A DNA stretch of 60,650 nucleotides, counting the filler, from Polymyxa betae A26-41 (taxonomy: Eukaryota > Protista > Endomyxa: Phytomyxea), in the NCBI GenBank assembly GCA_003693705.1. It is 7 parts of 7 records of this genome, joined end to end, with 100 filler letters (N's around TTAATTAATTAA, not from the genome) between each part and the next. Parts side by side here need not be neighbours in the genome. Positions count along the whole stretch, not along the records: positions 1 to 3,667 come from RBZT01000761.1; positions 3,768 to 12,190 come from RBZT01000243.1; 5 more parts are not named here. The stretch is one strand, 5' to 3'. This document shows positions 1-11,350 of this stretch, in pieces. Each line of letters starts with the position of its first letter. The stretch's first letter is position 1. The notes under the pieces were generated by a model that was not told where the DNA came from, did not search any database, and was given only the letters and a program-made list of their open reading frames with translations. Position numbers and translations under genes: made by a program.

Positions 1-202
1 TCGATCGAAGCATATCGACATCAAATTCCACTACGTCCGTGAACAACTTGAATCGAAAGCGATTCATTTGGAGCACTGCCCGTCGGACGAGATGGTTGCC
101 GATATTTTCACGAAGGCTTTGGGTCCTTTGTTGTTCCTCAAACACCGTGCTGCTATATGTTCTGATGGCGTTCTGCGTTCGGGAGGGAGTGTTACTGCGT
201 GA
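1..202 (+). mobile_element. Ty1/Copia pol C-terminus (RNase H), partial
   Basis: Frame 2 reads RSKHIDIKFHYVRE...HCPSDEMVADIFTKAL, the canonical Copia RNase H end. Stop at 200-202. Confidence 0.93.
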
Positions 203-384
203 CGCTCGCCGAACTGCGCATTTGAGACTATTATGTTACTTCGAGATACTAGACCTAGATTCAGTGACTGTCATCTGGTCAAGATCAAGTACGGTCGTGT
301 TCTGTGTACCGCGATGCTTTAGATCAATACAGACCCACTCTTTGTTTGCCTCAGCTGCCTGCGTATCCCAGTAGATTCATAACA
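190..384 (+). repeat. Copia 3' LTR (195 bp)
   Basis: PPT GGGAGGGAG (181-189) is followed directly by TGTTA...TAACA inverted termini. Confidence 0.85.
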
Positions 385-454
385 AAAATCCGACACTGTG
401 GAGGTGACAGCATTCTGCTCATTCCAGCACTGTTCTATCGTGTTTTGATGGGTG

Positions 455-601
455 GTTTGGTAGGAAATAATTGACTGTTATTCGCATGCCTGCTGCAAAT
501 CCAAAATCATGATAATCTAACCTCTTGGAATCTGCACAACATAATACTTTCTGAGGCAGTAAAGCCCGCGGAATTGCTTTGAAAGATTTCTGTCACAAAT
601 T
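455..601 (+). repeat. Dispersed ~150-bp duplication, second copy at ~3205-3364
   Basis: Shared ttcgcatgcc...aatcatg...cctcttggaatc...gaaagatttctgtcacaaattc. Confidence 0.75.
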
Positions 602-1090
602 CCGGCGTAAGGTGCTGGGTCCGAATCAGTGTCAAGAGTCTTAAGGCATAGGGTTTTTGGCCATCCATCATCCCAAAGCGGGCGGACGACTAAGCAGAGC
701 GTACCACGTGCCGCGCAGCAGGCTGCGCTCTACCATGAAACATTACACTCTTGGTTCTTAGGGTCCGTGTGAAGGCGCCTGGCGTCTAAGTTAAACTGTC
801 ATATTGTTGGAAACTGGCAACGCCTTCATAAAGGTTGCCTGGATTTAGGCGAAAGCAAGATGCAAGCAAGCTCCCTGGCTGGTTGAACTGCATTTCAACA
901 TGGTCAGCACCCCAATGACTGAATCCCATCAAGGACACCGTATCCAAGAAGGCGCAATTTTTATGTTACATCAAACATATGACCTCGGATATTCCGTGAC
1001 AGGTCGGGCCCTGCGCAAGGGTAAATGCGTCGCCTACCACGCCCATCCGTATTTGGGCGTTATATCTAGATCTATCCAATGCAATCCAAT
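602..1090 (+). mobile_element. SINE, 5'-truncated copy related to 39388-39900
   Basis: Shares the B-box remnant, catcatcccaaagcgg, ggttgaactgcatttc, cccatcaagg..accgtatccaagaa, gcgcaagggt.aatgc.tcgcctacc and an (ATCCA)-like tail with the full copy. Confidence 0.8.
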
Positions 1091-3667
1091 ACTCCAAATC
1101 GGCCAAGACTTTTCGATTTAAAATGTGTCGCTTATCTTTGCGTGCTGATAGCAACATAAAACCCGACCTGATTGTATGATTCAGGATGTAGATGGGAGCG
1201 GGTTCGGGGCGTGAATTACCCCCCAAGCATATAGGGCAGTAATTTGCCATCCTGGAACAGATCGTAAAGACGAGGCAGGCAGTCTCGTATCTTCATTGGT
1301 TCGCTGGCAAAATCGGTAGAGCTGGATCGCGATTCTGCAACCGTCGAAGATTGCTGCGAAGATTCAGATGGCGGGAACTTTTCCGGTGACCCGCTCTGCT
1401 TCGCACGACGAGCCCGGATCAGGCACGAGCTTGGAGTCTCAGGCAGCGATAGAGAAATTTCCGGCCAATCCGCGCAATGCACCTTGAATAGTAAATTGAA
1501 TTCAATGTTGCCGGCGTTGGCACCGGCGGACGCGGAGTCGTATTGAAATTTACCTATAGATGCCCTAAAACACAGTCAGTGCACGAAAGATTCCGCCCCA
1601 ATTCTCGCTGACATAAAACGTGACAGTTTTGGTGAGTAATTGAAATCTGGTGATATGGGGTATCTAGCATTGCCCTCACAAGACACAATCGTCACACGGG
1701 CGTTGAATTGAGCGACAAAATCTTTGGCAGATCGAACAAAATTCTGCTAGATAGCGCCGCCTCTTCCATTGGACCAGCTTTGGCGGCGGCGTTCCTTCGC
1801 TTGCATCTTCTTGAACTTGATGAAATCGCGGAAGTCCGCCGAATTTTCGTTCGCGCTGTCGGATCGCCGTGGAATACGAGGCCTTCAACTCCTTTCTCCG
1901 CTAAAATCGTTGCCATAAATGTTCTGAATTGTGATTGAGCTGGCTAAGGTACCAAGATCTCTCGTATACATAAAACGGCCTTTTTGCTGCCCAACAGATC
2001 CAAGTGTTAATTGGCGATCCAAGATAGAAGTGATTTATTTTTAATGGTTGAATGTCTTTATATAGAGAGAGAGCATTAGCGCAGAACCGCGTACTTGAAA
2101 AAGTCTGCCGCGGAGTTTCCGCTCGTGAGTGTTGCATGGCTACCTTTGACAGAGAAGCACACTAGGTGCTGGTGCTCCGGTTTGCCTCTCTCTCGCCACC
2201 CCAGAGGACTAGGCCTTGCACTCTCCGTCTGCGCCTGCGAGATCGCCATGACTTGTTGAATCGATTTCAACAAAAGCTGGAAAACTGACAGAAATGTCTG
2301 ACCGGATCCTGAAGGTTCAGGTGCCCGAAGGGAAGTTACAGATGGGACATCCGTATCAAATACACGATTCATATAATTGATGAACAGTTGATTGTCGTAC
2401 GCCAAAACCTTTCAGAATTTCCATGATAAATTAACAGAAAAGATTCTGAGACTACCTGGTTAACAGACGGCAGTCCATGAGCATATTAAAGTGCAGATTT
2501 CACAACATTCATATTTTTATAGCGATGTGTAAGCAAGCAATCTGCGCCTCCATTCAAATCAGCTTCTGACCCAGCCTCTTCGCCAATACCATTCATATTT
2601 TGTCTGACTCGGTTTCTTACGAGCGTTAATGACTGCAGGTTCGATATCTTCGGACATCTCCAATTCTCGAGAAGTCTATTCAAAAATTATTATGCCATTC
2701 GGACGCACTTGCACTAAAAACGGATTAGAGAGTTAAACTAAAGATAAAGAAAGGAGATCAATTTCGAATAAAATTTCAAGCTGTGGACAAGATGAAAACA
2801 CACATTGATTTTATGAGCCACTGCAGCGATAGTTATTGAGACCAAACTCGAAGATGAAGTTTCCAAATTCGACACTATAACAAGAAGCTTCTCATCAGCT
2901 GACAAAAATTAAGGGGATGTAGCAGGCTATAACAAGACGGTAACATGGAGATGCTGGGCGAATGCCAGGCGGAGGTTGACGATGGGCAGACAGCACATGG
3001 CCGCATGCACAGCTATCCGATCGGATTAGGCTCCGGACGATGGTGATAACGATGACATTTGAGATATCTGAGCACTCTAATCAGTGTTTACGGACATTTG
3101 TGTCGGAGGTGGAGAAGCCAATCCCATCTATCATCAAGATCTGGTTATGAATGCTTAAAATGGAGAAGCCATCCCATCTCTCATCAAAATCTGGTTATAT
3201 AATGTTAGGGTGAGTAATATTGTCTACTGTTCGCATGCCCGCCTGCTGCGAAACGAAATCATGGCAATCTATCCTCTTGGAATCAACACCACATCATTCG
3301 TTCTGAGGCCGATTCTATGGATAACGCCAGAGAAATTGCTTCGAAAGATTTCTGTCACAAATTCTGCAGCTTCGTGATGCAACGCACATGTCGAGTTGAG
3401 GTTTGAATGTGAAAACCCTAAACCCTAATCTTCGCTTGGGCAATCTCGCGCTGCTCTTATGGAAGCTGACCGAGCCAATGGCACCAACACCATACAGAAT
3501 CATGATACATTATTCATTTCAATACATTTTTGTTCTAATTTAGACCCATTAGGTACATTTGGACTTCAGATTCAGCTGGAATCATCAACTGCCTCTCGAA
3601 AACGACGCGGTCATGATCCACGCGAGCCAGAACATCACTATCGCTTGATAGTATTTCACGGTCACGA

Positions 3668-3767
3668 NNNNNNNNNNNNNNNNNNNNNNNNNNNNNNNNN
3701 NNNNNNNNNNNTTAATTAATTAANNNNNNNNNNNNNNNNNNNNNNNNNNNNNNNNNNNNNNNNNNNN
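3668..3767. other. Artificial contig linker (N44-TTAATTAATTAA-N44); also at 12191-12290, 23430-23529, 45193-45292, 49114-49213, 57800-57899
   Basis: Identical 100-bp spacer with stops in all six frames. Confidence 0.97.
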
Positions 3768-5001
3768 TAACTCGTGTTTACATTACCTACCAACAAGAGG
3801 GGGAATACGTATGCCTAGGCCTCTAGGTACACAAATTCACGCATCCAAATGCAATAACCTGATCCATATGGACTGGATTTATGTATGGCCAACGAAGAAA
3901 AACGGGATTCACGAATATCAGTGGAACCTGATTTTGCGCGACGACCTTTCTGGCCTCGTGAAGATAACACCCGCAAAGATCCCTGATACAGAAGTCACGG
4001 TCGACGCACTTATGGAATGGCGTGTTTGGGACCCCGGAGATGTTGGTCTCAGACATGGCGTCGTACTTTGTGTCCGAAACCATGAAGAAATTTGCGCTGA
4101 AGTGTAATGTTACACAGCATCTCACTACAGCGTACGGGCACTATAATAACGGAAGCATCGAAGTGGTGAATAAGTGCTATCTATCGCTGATGAGAGCACT
4201 GCTTTCCGAGTTACGTTGGGACAAGGAATACAGGCCCTGGTTGAATTCCAACCCTGAGCATACGTTGAATCATAGACCGCAGAGCCGACTCAACGGAAAC
4301 GCTCCCATAACAGTGATGACTGGCTTACAGCCAGATAACCCATTAGAAGAAATTTTCAAAAATCCAAAAAATCTTAATTTTATTAAAATAAGAATGTCGA
4401 AAGACCAGATTCAAAAACTGGTAGATGACCTTGAAAGTTAGAAAAAATGCATAAAGAAGTAGAAGAAACGTTTCGGAAGCAACGAGATGCGAAGAAAAGG
4501 ACCGCAAACAAATACCGAAGAGAGCCGAATTTCAGTATCGGCGATTACGTGTTAGTTGGCATAGCGGAGCCCGCTAAAATGTCCGGACGCAAACTTTTCT
4601 TAAAGTGGCGCGGCCCGTACCGAATAGTCGCTACAGAAGACCACTACATATTCGAAGTCGAAAACATCGTGGATTCGCGCAGAAAGTGGATTCACGGAGA
4701 CAGGATACGATTCTACGCAGATGACAAACTTAACGTTACCGAAGAGATAAAAAGTCAGTTTGCACATGATAACGAAAGTTATCAAGTTGAAGACCTTAAC
4801 GGATGCCGTCTGAATGCAGACAGCAACCAGTTAGAATTTTTAGTCGAATGGAGAGGTTTCTCACATGACGAAGACTCATGGGAGCCACTTAAGACTCTAT
4901 ATGAAGATATTCCTGCGAAAGTAGAGAAATATATTAAAAAGTTGAAGTTAGAAGACCACGAACTGGCAGAAGAAGCAGCTGGGTTTCTGAAATCCAATTG
5001 A
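3768..5001 (+). pseudogene. Ty3/Gypsy integrase with GPY/F motif and chromodomain, degraded
   Basis: HMDWI / VSDMASYF / NGSIEVVN (DDE), KWRGPYRIV, FLVEWRGFSHDEDSWEP. Frameshift near 4020 and TAG at 4439-4441. Confidence 0.92.
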
Positions 5002-5394
5002 AAGTCAATAAATAAATTCATGCTTTTATCCCACTGGGTTTTAATGCGGATTATTTATGTAGACAAGTAAAGAATGGATAAATAGATGAGGTCCAGAAAA
5101 AATTGAAGATTGACCAATTGTTATAAAATAATTATTTTTTTATATAGAGAAAGAAGAAAGATGATGAAGGCTAGCCCGAAGACAGACGGCAGAAGACCGA
5201 TGACTGTAGATTGAAGACAGATGACTGATGACAGTAGACAGACGACCAGAGGACGGAAGGCTGAAGACTAGATGATCGAAGACATGAATGAAAACAGACA
5301 TTGACGAAACCCTAAAACCCTAAACCCTAACTGTGAAATTTTGGCACTGTATAAGAACGATTCAAGAGCCAGACGAGTTTTTCGAAGAGGGGAG

Positions 5395-5545
5395 TGTGTC
5401 AATATTTCCAGAATATTTCCAGAAAAAGACCCTAATTTTATTATATATATAAACGGCCCTATATTCAGGACGACTCCGCCACGGACTCAAATGGACTCCG
5501 TGACGGAATAACCGGACTGGAAATGGAAGCTGGAATGGAGAATTC
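5395..5545 (+). repeat. Start of the 3' LTR of the chromodomain Gypsy element, truncated
   Basis: PPT GAAGAGGGGAG then TGTGTCAA. Same layout as the element at 59592-60390. Right end not found. Confidence 0.6.
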
Positions 5546-5549
5546 ATTT

Positions 5550-8500
5550 TAGCCCCAAATCACGAAGATCTGAACCCGTAGATCTGCTACACGCTTTATC
5601 TTCCCCAGCATTATATTGACGGGTTCTATAGCTTCCAAGAACACCCGTCGTGACCATTTTTGTTCTCTGCTGGCGCCATTGCCTGTATCCTCGGCAGCTC
5701 TGTTTCCTCATCGTATGAGCAGCCGCAGTCCGGATCATGAATGGATCGATACCATTCTACAAAAGCCATAGGTGCTGGAGTGTCTCCGTTCATAATACAG
5801 AGGGAGGTAAACCATTTTACGGCGGCAAACCAAACGTCGGTTTTGTTGTGGTATGTCTTCACTCTGACTTGGACCATATGGTTGCTGGTCTTCAGAGTTC
5901 TCTTTCTCTCGTATTCACGAGATCGAAATATTTTGCCTCGATGCACAATACGGTTGGTGGTATTGAAGGTGCCTGATGCAGTTGTCGTTAGAAGGTAGGC
6001 AATGCTTCAAAGACGTCACAAGCGAAGTAAATGCATTGACTGTTAGTATTACAGTAATTTTTGTTTGGGTTCCAAATGCAAAAGATAAAGACCAGCTATG
6101 TATTTTACGATATAATAAATATATATTGGAGACAAACTAATCAAATGCTGGTAGTATACCATTAATGTTGTTTGGCTTTTGAAACGTACGAAAGTTAATT
6201 GAAGAGTTATAATTAAAGATATTTAAATCGAGGAAATCAATTTGCGAATGTGAGTGATTAAAACTTAATTTGATGCCAGGAATAAAAGAATTCATGCGAA
6301 CAAATAAGTTCTGTAAATCAGAAATTTGTCCTCGAAATATAATAAATAAATCATCAATGTATCTTCCATAGAATAAAAAGTTGGGTGCAAACTCATTATC
6401 AAAACAATCTAAATAAATATTCGCACAGTGAACTGCTGCGTTGAAACCCATAGCAATACCGTCAGTTTGACGAAAGACCGAAGAACCGTAAAGAAAGAAA
6501 TTATGATCACAAATGAATTGAAGAATTTTTAATTCGAAATGTGGTAAATTTCTGGCAGAAAGAGTTGAATATAAACGGTCTAAGGACATCATGGTGTAAA
6601 GGGAAGAAACGTCAGCAGTAACCAAGAAATCAGAATCGGAAATTGGCAAATTTTCAATTTTTTACAGCAATTAACTTACCGTTAAAGGCCTCCATTAGGG
6701 AATTGTCAAATTCTTTCTCCAACAAATATTGCTTCAGGTGATTCTGATTTTGCAGCCAAAAGTGAACCGGTTTCTGTTCGAGATATGCCATTTTGTGAGG
6801 CCGTGTGAGTTTGGAATTGAAATCAAGAATTGCTCGGCGATAACTTCCAACCTTATGGAACAAATCTTCGTGAAGTCTGCCTGATGGAAAGTGACTAGAT
6901 GCTAGGCTTCTGGCTAGAGAGAGAAGATACCGATCTGCCAATCGTTGATGTTGAAATGAACCTGAGTAATTTGGTCCCGATATTGATCATCATTGACATC
7001 TGCCTCTCCAGATTCGCCAAAAGTCCAGATTCTAGTTGAGCTCTGAGAGAACCGTTCATGAAGTTCTTACCTAAATGGCGGCGTCAGATGTGGCGATAAT
7101 TTGAAAGACGTTCCTGAACCTGAAGCAAGAGATTGCAACTTGTTCTGTGTAATTCCTCATAATGTTGATCGCTTGCCCACGAGTGGCGTGGTTCATCGAT
7201 TTGGCCGGCCTCATGAACCTTTCTCACCAGAAGTTCCAAGACGTGCCTGTTAACGGCCCTAAATCTTCAAATAGGTGGGAAACAATGGGAAGAGCAAAGT
7301 GCATAGGCAGAGTAAGCAGCATGCTTGGCGCTTGCTAAGAACCGATGAGCTGAGATTATTTTTTGTGAATTCTTTACCTCTTCAAACAACGTTAGCGCCT
7401 TAACCTGCATAATGGGCAGATCCGAACGTTTCAATGTGAGACTGAAACATTCAGAAAGCCTGTCAAACAACAAGTATAGAGTCTTTTGAAACCTTCTTGC
7501 AGCATCATCCGAAGCAAACAGTCCCCTAGTCATAAATTTAAACAAGCCGTGAAACAGCAGATGCCATTGAGCGTTTTTGATCAAAAAATTTGACGAGATG
7601 TATGGGTTAAACGGTTCTGGTGATCCTGAACTCATTTTAGGAGATGCAAACGAAGAAAAAGATCTCACTTTCTGGGGCTCTGAGATTTTTCAACCTTATA
7701 GAGATTTCTGCTCGGCTGCCACGCTCCAGAGCCCAAGGCAGGTGCGTGTGATAGTCCCAAATATGGGGAAGCCTACCCAGCTCCTTTTCAGCATCAAGAG
7801 CTTGGTTGTCAAATATTAACCCAGAACCTCCAGACTCAAAATCTAAAGCTATTATGGTTCTTGCAATGTTCTATCACAATTTCGAATAAGAAATATCACA
7901 ATGAGGTATATCATGATCACTTACACCTAGATGATGCATATAATCTGTTTTAAACTGTCAACTTGCATTCCATCCAAATTCAAGGTGATTTGACAAAGCG
8001 TCCACACCATAGACGCCAGATTGCTCGTAAGGATGATGAGGATCCTTTGTTCTGTCATACGGTTTGTATGTGACCACGTTGCGGTCCTGAGCTTTCAGAA
8101 ACGCTTGCATCTTTTCTGCATGCTTTTTCGACTCGTACATGTCTGAAACAACCCCTATGCATGTAATGTTATGTCAACGTCGATGGCGTTGGGTGAACCC
8201 TTTACCTGAGGAATGAATCTCTTCACTTGTGTAGAGACCCGGGGCCTTCGTCATTGAATTCCGCTCGAACAATGAGGGGATCTTCGTCTGGTGGCGCAAA
8301 GGGTTGCTTTCCGGTAAGAACCTGAAAGTACCCAGGCGGCACGAACGTCGGAAACATCTGACCCCTGCTATCTTGCAAATACATGCCCCAGTTTTACTTG
8401 TAGCACCCGTTTTTCTTACCGCTTTAGCCCAAGCGGGCAGATCAGCCATGCTAAACAGCAATTTCATTTTGACCTATGATTTTCTGATATCAAAAGGACA

Positions 8501-10072
8501 GACATAAGACCCAATTTCCAAGAACCTTGATTAACTTCGAGCGAGATGAATCGAAAACGACGAGGCCTTCACGATTGATAATGTTGAGTTCGTTTGCGAT
8601 TAGCTTGAAGAAAGCTTGGCTTGAGAAGTACGAACATGTAGTCATTACAACTAGTGACGGCTTGCACCGTGCGCTAGGGGGCAAGGTTAAATATGATAGC
8701 AGATGGGGCCAAACCGATGTTGATGAAGAGTTGTGCACTCTAGCTCCATCTTAGCAATGAGATAATGATATGATGAAGGGCTCTATATCTTGTCCAGAAT
8801 CTTATTAGAGTCTTTCGCCATCAAATGTACACAGGCCTTCCCGGAGAAGCCTTTTTCATCTTGTGAATTTCCGAATTATGGAAAGGAACATAGCAATCAT
8901 AAAAGAGATCGGCGTGCATCCAGTCGGTCATGTTTTCCACCTTGGTATTGCGTTCGGAATGCTGTCGTACAAGTTCGCAAATATCATCAAATCCTTCCGG
9001 AAACATCCTGGCGATTGAAGGAAACGCAAATCTCATCTGAACAACAATTTTCATTATGTTGCTGTGACAGGCAAGCATTACCTGAATGTCGTATGATTTG
9101 GGCCAGTATAAAAACGATTTAGCATCCTTCCTCGGACTGAGGCAAACAGGACATGCCGTTGAATTCTCTAGATCTAACTCGAAAATGCAATGACCATGAG
9201 CACAGGACTCCAAGCGAATCGGCTTAAGGGAAAGAAAGATATCCCTAATCAGAGACTGTTTCGCCTCATTCCAATTTGATGGGAACTTGTTATAAACAGG
9301 AATGGAAATTCCAGTAGCAGAATCAGGTTGGCTTGACCGCTCGTGAAGATACATGCTAAGAAGTTCGTCAAAGGCCTTGTTGTTAATACTGGATCGAAAT
9401 CTTTGTTCAGCAAACTGCATTATCTTGGTCTTGACAGATTCTAAATGTTGCATGCTGTTGGTCCCAAGATCTCTGAGTTGGTTTGATTGAATATCTTTCA
9501 ATGCTTGCAGCATGGCTCGAGCATTATTCAGACTGCTGACAATCTCGCGGTTGAGTTTATAAACGAACTCTTGAGCATCTTGAATATATCGTTCTTGTGT
9601 TGGAACAGGAGACGACATTCCTGAACTGATCTGCTCCGTTTCCGAAGCTTCCTCATCAACATCCACAAAGCTGTTACTGTTGGTGCTCAATTCGTCTATA
9701 TCAGAGAATCAGTAAACATACAATCAAATGCTGCACACCAAATCCTTGATCATTGAATTAATCGGGGACAAGGGACTGCTTGGGACAGTCGAGCTCTTCC
9801 ATGTCAGCATGTTGATGTACCTCAGCGAGCTGTGGCTCGTCACTTACAAAATCGTCTGATATAGGAATCTCTTTAGGGATTTCAAGCTGGAAACTGCTTT
9901 CATGTGGACTCACCGCGATCTCATCAAATTGTTGATCTTCCATCAGAAGGTCATCAATTTCATGCTTCTTGACAGTGGTACGGTATCTGAACCTTCCATG
10001 GCATCTATGTGATCGGCACCAGCAGCGCAGATGATCTCCATCTTTTCTCTTTTTGGTGTTTCGCGATGACAT
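5550..10072 (-). pseudogene. CACTA/EnSpm (Transposase_21/Tnp2-type) transposase, multi-exon, degraded
   Basis: N-terminal CWCRSHRC..TVKKH, CAHGHCIF..CPVCLSPR, SVWP..LPP, ADLPAWAK..GACICKIAG, DUF4218-like GPLTGTSWNFW*ERFM and C-terminal IFRSREY..AFVEWY. Several stops and frameshifts. Confidence 0.85.
6137..6655 (-). mobile_element. Penelope-like reverse transcriptase fragment
   Basis: LVTADVSSLYT, FRQTDGIAMG, YGRYIDDLFII, IDFLDLNI, FQKP. Much more AT-rich than the flanks. Confidence 0.85.
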
Positions 10073-10167
10073 TGAAATCAAAGCGTTAGGCTTAACACTA
10101 CAAGTACGAAAGTTCGATCCCAAAATCTGTAAACGCCGGTTGTGATTTGTATTGTTAGATTCTGAGA

Positions 10168-11350
10168 TTACGCTTTCGTGCGCTTTGATACTGTTGCATG
10201 ATCCGATTGGAGCAATCGCAGTACAGCCTTTGAAAGTCTTTGTCCCGTCGGCGTTTCGATATCGTATTTAAGCAAATCACATTCATTTTCTCGATCAAGG
10301 TCCGAATAGATCGAAGCCAGAATCACACCTAGAGGATTCGTGGGAAACTTCCAGTCTTCTTCTTCAGAGGCCGGCATCGCGTCTTTTGATGTCAGTTTTG
10401 ATTTTTTCTTTGCCTGCACGTCTGTGAACTTTTCTCTCAAATCTGTGTCAAGCTTGAGAGTCCGTGAACGTTCTTCATTTTTACTAACCTCGCTGAACTA
10501 TTTCAAGACCAGCTTCAGCTGCTGGGAATTTCTTCTGGTATTCACTCAAGAGAATTTCTGCCTCTGCGCTGATTGTTTCTTTGGACATTCTACGTCTATC
10601 AGCAAATAGAGAAGAGCGGGCAGCGGGATCTCACCTTCGTAACAATATCATATCTCGACGAAGCTGACACAGAGCTTTACGCTCTGGGGTTAAAGACTTT
10701 GGCGTCTGCATTCGAAACATTTTCAATATTGCAACATCTAAAAGTCCTTCTTTGGGGTGATCTCTCCAGTTCTGACGCGACCAATATGTGTCACGGATGG
10801 ACGACAGGCCTTCGACATGACTACGCTTTCTGGAATTGCCTGTACCACAATAAGATTGAGACGAAACACAATTTTCCGTTACCGTAACATGAGATTCCAG
10901 CCTTTACATCGTTTAGGGACGTGATGAAGCGTAATTTCGGGCACAGTCGTTCTTCGTTGGATTCGTCTGTTGTCACAAAAGGAGGTTCAACGTTCTTCAG
11001 TAAAGACGACACCCGAACTGCTCTTTGGGTCATAACATCAATTTCATGACAATGCAGTTGCTGGCGATGTTGATAAGCGTCGTCGTCTTTTGAAAGCAAC
11101 TAGACTCTCGCCACCGGCATTCCTTCTTTTATATACCACACGATTGATCCAGGAGCAGCTTTCTGAACCGGAAGATCATCGTCTTGTTCTGTTGTTGTTT
11201 CAATTGCGTTTTCCATGCCTAGTGATCGAGCTCAAGCTATGGGAGAAAGGTTGCGTTCTCGGAGAAATAAAGCTATACTCACAGCATTTTATCAGCAAAT
11301 TTACACAATTTTGGATTCCAGGTCTACAAGATTTTATGGTACCACCTTAA
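10168..11350 (-). pseudogene. Degraded accessory (TnpA-like?) ORF of the CACTA element
   Basis: Broken ORFs co-oriented with and just upstream of the transposase. No recognisable motif. Confidence 0.35.

Noticed and set aside
1090-3200. Named protein-coding genes here and at 12291-15100 and 19950-21950
   Set aside because: Only short broken ORFs without recognisable motifs. Probably decayed genes, but no call can be supported.
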